A stretch of DNA of 64,000 nucleotides, from NCBI GenBank assembly GCA_963806225.1, contig CAWDXG010000004.1:1504001-1568000 (forward strand), read 5' to 3'. This DNA is from an uncultured delta proteobacterium (GTDB taxonomy: Bacteria; Myxococcota_A; Polyangia; Polyangiales; Polyangiaceae). Made by a program: the position numbers and the translations under genes. Below the pieces are notes generated by a model. That model searched no databases. It had not been told where the DNA came from and saw nothing but the letters and a program-made list of their open reading frames with translations. Below, piece by piece: positions 61,196 through 64,000 of this stretch (position 1 is its first letter; every line of letters begins with the position of its first letter).

Positions 61196-63790
61196 ATGGG
61201 ACGCGAGGGCCCGCTGGGCCACGCGGAGTTGTCCGCAATCGACGAGCTGCTCGACGCCGGCGAGCTGGAAAAGGCGCAGCAGCGCCTGGCCGGCCTCGGT
61301 CAGTCGGCAGCGCTCGACGCCGGCACGAGCTACCTCGCGACACGGATCCTGTACCTGCGCGGGCGGCTGGACGCGCCCAGCGTCGCGGAGCGCCTGCGCG
61401 AACTCCTCGCGACCGTCGACGATTTCCCCGAGGCGCGCCGCATGCTCCAAGAGGCAGAACAGGACCGGCTGCCCCCGAGCCTGCGGGCCCCCGGGTCGAG
61501 CGTGCCGCCCGCGCGGGGGTCCGTGCCGGCGCCACAGGTCAGTGCGCCTGCGCTGGAGCTGGGCTTCTCGTCGACGCCGATCGACGAAGTACCGGACAGC
61601 GTGCCGGAGCCAGCTCCAGCGTCGGATCCGCGCGAGCATCGCGAGCGCTTCGTGCGCACCTCGTCGATCCCGCGCGCGCCCGGGCTTCCGCACTTCTCCG
61701 AACCGCCGGACAGCACGCCCAGCTATGCGCCGGAGACCGCTCGGCGGAGCTCCCCGCCCGCGGGCTCCGGCGACGGATCGCTGCCGTGGGTGGCGCACGA
61801 GCCACCGCCGCACGCGCGTACCCTGCCCGGCGCGCCCGGTGAAGCGCCGGCCGACCTCGCACAGGACCCGCTACCCGGCGTGCAGGCCATTCCCGACCTC
61901 GAACCGTCTGCCGAGGTCGGCGGCCCGCAGCACATCTCCGACCTGGCGCCACCCGCCGCCGATGCGGATCCCGACCGCCGCGGCCGCTACTCCGAGCATC
62001 CTCCGGCACCGGACCGGGTCGTCGTGCGCGGAAAGCGACCCCTGCCGCGCAGCGAGCCTCCGGATCCCGGACCGCCGGTCCTCGAACGCCCTGTTCGCTC
62101 CGGCGCACCACCGGCGCCTACGCTGGGAGCGCTGCCGTCGCTGTTCGAGCTGGCAACGCTGCTCGACGAGCACGAGTACCGCCGCATCATCAACGCCATC
62201 GACTCGGCTGGCGACGCCGGCCCAGGCTATGTCCTGATGCGCGCGCGGGCGCTGGCGGGCGAAGGACACCGGAGCGAAGCCCTCGCCACCCTCGAGCGCC
62301 TCACACGCGCCCCCCTGCTCGACCCCGAGCTGCGCGCGGGCGCCGCCCGGGTGCTGGTCGAGCTGGGCGACCTCCCGGGTGCCCTCGCCCAGGCGCGTCA
62401 GGCGCACGACGACGACCCCGAGCCGCCGCTCGTGCGTGTGACGCTGGCCTGGGCGCTCCTGCGCGGTGCGTGCCGACAGAGCGACGCCCGCGGTGTCGAG
62501 GAGGCGTCGGAGCTCCTGTCCGGCATCGGAACGCGCCGCGGCCCGCGTCCCGCGCTGGTCGCCGCGCTGCGCGCCCTGGAGCAGGCGCTGGGCGGCGATC
62601 CGGAGCGCGCCATCGGCGCTGCCCAGCGCGCGCTGGCTCTCGACGGAACATCGACCGACGCGCTCGCTGCGATCGCCCTCGCTTCCGGACGCCTCGAGCG
62701 CGCGCACGACGCACAGCAGGCCTGGCTCCGGCTACTCGAGCTCTCCTACGAGCAAGCCGATGCCATCAGCGACGAGCTGGAAGCGCTCGGCGTGAAGCTC
62801 GCGCACCTCGATCCCTCGCTGCGCCCCGGCGCCGGAGGCGAAGCGGTCTTCGAGCCGCTGGAGCTCATGCCCGGCGCGGGTCGCCGTGCCGACGCCATCG
62901 CGGCCTTCGAGCAGCTCGCCCGCGCCCGACTGACGCAACTGGCCGAGAGCGGCGCGAAGCACGACTTTTCGATCATCGCGCCGGTCGCCGCGAGCTTTCT
63001 GGCAACGACCGCGATCGCCCGCGACTTCGCGCCCTACGACCTTTCGCTGTGGAGCCTGGCGCGCCTCGACGCGCTCGCCGAGACCCTCTACGGCGGCGCG
63101 TCGCATCCGCGCGAGTCCGACGATTTCCCGGTGATTCTGCTTTTCGGGTGCTACCTGGGCGAAGCGATCCGCGGCGCGTACCAGGCAAAGTGGGAAGGCT
63201 CGGTCGCGCGCATCGATGAAGCCTGCGTGGTCGCCGGCGACCGCAGCTGGGCGCCTTTCGAGATGGTGCGGGAGCGTATCGAGCGCGGAACGCCGCTGGA
63301 CGCGAAGCTCGAGCCGGAAACGGAAGCGTGGGCACATCGCATCGCGACACCGGCGGCTCCGCCCTGCCCGTGGGATCCGCTGCCCTGGCCCGCGGCGGAC
63401 ACGCTGGAACAGCTCGGGCGTGCGCTCGGCAGCTCGCCCATCGGCGCGTGGTGTGCGGAGCACGCCGGGGGCCCGCTGGATCTGTCGATGCCCAGCCTGG
63501 CGGCGCTGGATCGCTACGTCGAGACCGTCGCGCCCCTGCGCGCGCCGTCCGACCCGGACGCCCCGTGGGCGCGCCGACCGGCGGTGCTGCTCGGCGCGTA
63601 CCTGGGGGAAGTGCTCCGGGCCCAGCTAGGCGGAAGCTGGCAGAGCACCGACGAGCCCGGCGCCAGGGGGTACGCCCTCCGGCTCGGTTCGACCCTGGTC
63701 ACGCCCGTCGTTTCGACCCTCGAACGCCTCGAAGGCCAGAGCCAGACGCCCCTGTCCGCCTACGCGCGCAGGACCGCGCAGGATACCTGA
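61196..63790 (+). CDS. Pro-rich/TPR hypothetical protein with duplicated C-terminal domain (DUF3806-like)
   Basis: Two repeats of DLS..SLA.LD...G.YLGE..R....G/A.W. Confidence 0.65.
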   Translation: MGREGPLGHAELSAIDELLDAGELEKAQQRLAGLGQSAALDAGTSYLATRILYLRGRLDAPSVAERLRELLATVDDFPEARRMLQEAEQDRLPPSLRAPGSSVPPARGSVPAPQVSAPALELGFSSTPIDEVPDSVPEPAPASDPREHRERFVRTSSIPRAPGLPHFSEPPDSTPSYAPETARRSSPPAGSGDGSLPWVAHEPPPHARTLPGAPGEAPADLAQDPLPGVQAIPDLEPSAEVGGPQHISDLAPPAADADPDRRGRYSEHPPAPDRVVVRGKRPLPRSEPPDPGPPVLERPVRSGAPPAPTLGALPSLFELATLLDEHEYRRIINAIDSAGDAGPGYVLMRARALAGEGHRSEALATLERLTRAPLLDPELRAGAARVLVELGDLPGALAQARQAHDDDPEPPLVRVTLAWALLRGACRQSDARGVEEASELLSGIGTRRGPRPALVAALRALEQALGGDPERAIGAAQRALALDGTSTDALAAIALASGRLERAHDAQQAWLRLLELSYEQADAISDELEALGVKLAHLDPSLRPGAGGEAVFEPLELMPGAGRRADAIAAFEQLARARLTQLAESGAKHDFSIIAPVAASFLATTAIARDFAPYDLSLWSLARLDALAETLYGGASHPRESDDFPVILLFGCYLGEAIRGAYQAKWEGSVARIDEACVVAGDRSWAPFEMVRERIERGTPLDAKLEPETEAWAHRIATPAAPPCPWDPLPWPAADTLEQLGRALGSSPIGAWCAEHAGGPLDLSMPSLAALDRYVETVAPLRAPSDPDAPWARRPAVLLGAYLGEVLRAQLGGSWQSTDEPGARGYALRLGSTLVTPVVSTLERLEGQSQTPLSAYARRTAQDT

Positions 63791-63840
63791 AGCGCTCCGG
63801 TTTCCGGGAGGCACCCGGACGGTCCCGGAGCAGGCGCCCT

Positions 63841-64000
63841 CTAGGGATGGATACTGACGAGCGTGCCGTCGCGCAGGCTCATGGCGCCGTGCCAGCCGGC
63901 GGGCACGGGCGGGTCGGTCCAGTCGAAGAGCCAGCGCGCGTCGATGGGCGCGAGGTTCACGCAGCCGTGGCTGCGCGGGATGCCGAACGCGTCGTGCCAG
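63841..64000 (-). CDS. 3' end of an L,D-transpeptidase (YkuD family), partial
   Basis: Minus strand reads WHDAFGIPRSHGCVNLAPIDARWLFDW...IHP*. Confidence 0.88.
   Translation of the reverse strand, partial: WHDAFGIPRSHGCVNLAPIDARWLFDWTDPPVPAGWHGAMSLRDGTLVSIHP

Overview
Chromosomal window from a very GC-rich bacterium. Gene content points to Myxococcota, probably Polyangiaceae-like (inferred from the several Hanks-type Ser/Thr kinases, PEGA and TPR proteins and Cys-rich lipoproteins). Housekeeping and transport genes include proVWX, an M16 peptidase pair, feoAB with a Fur-like box, coaBC, mpg, yebC, thrC and two tRNA-Leu genes. A partly decayed accessory region (about 23.4-32.4 kb) ends at tRNA-Leu(GAG) with an integrase remnant. 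It carries arsS, a 43-aa internally deleted ArsM-like minigene, an autoregulated MerR, an ECF sigma/NrsF-like pair and a kinase::Cys-rich chimeric deletion. The best candidate for a new system is a RiPP-type operon at 56.8-58.9 kb: a lipoprotein-anchored precursor with a duplicated KKK..GAKxSCGA core, a DUF692/MNIO enzyme and a DUF2063/HvfC-like partner, preceded by a TTGAC-N4-GTCAA palindrome. Five single-base frameshifts in otherwise intact genes suggest assembly indel errors. All family calls come from motif recognition by eye; no database searches were run.
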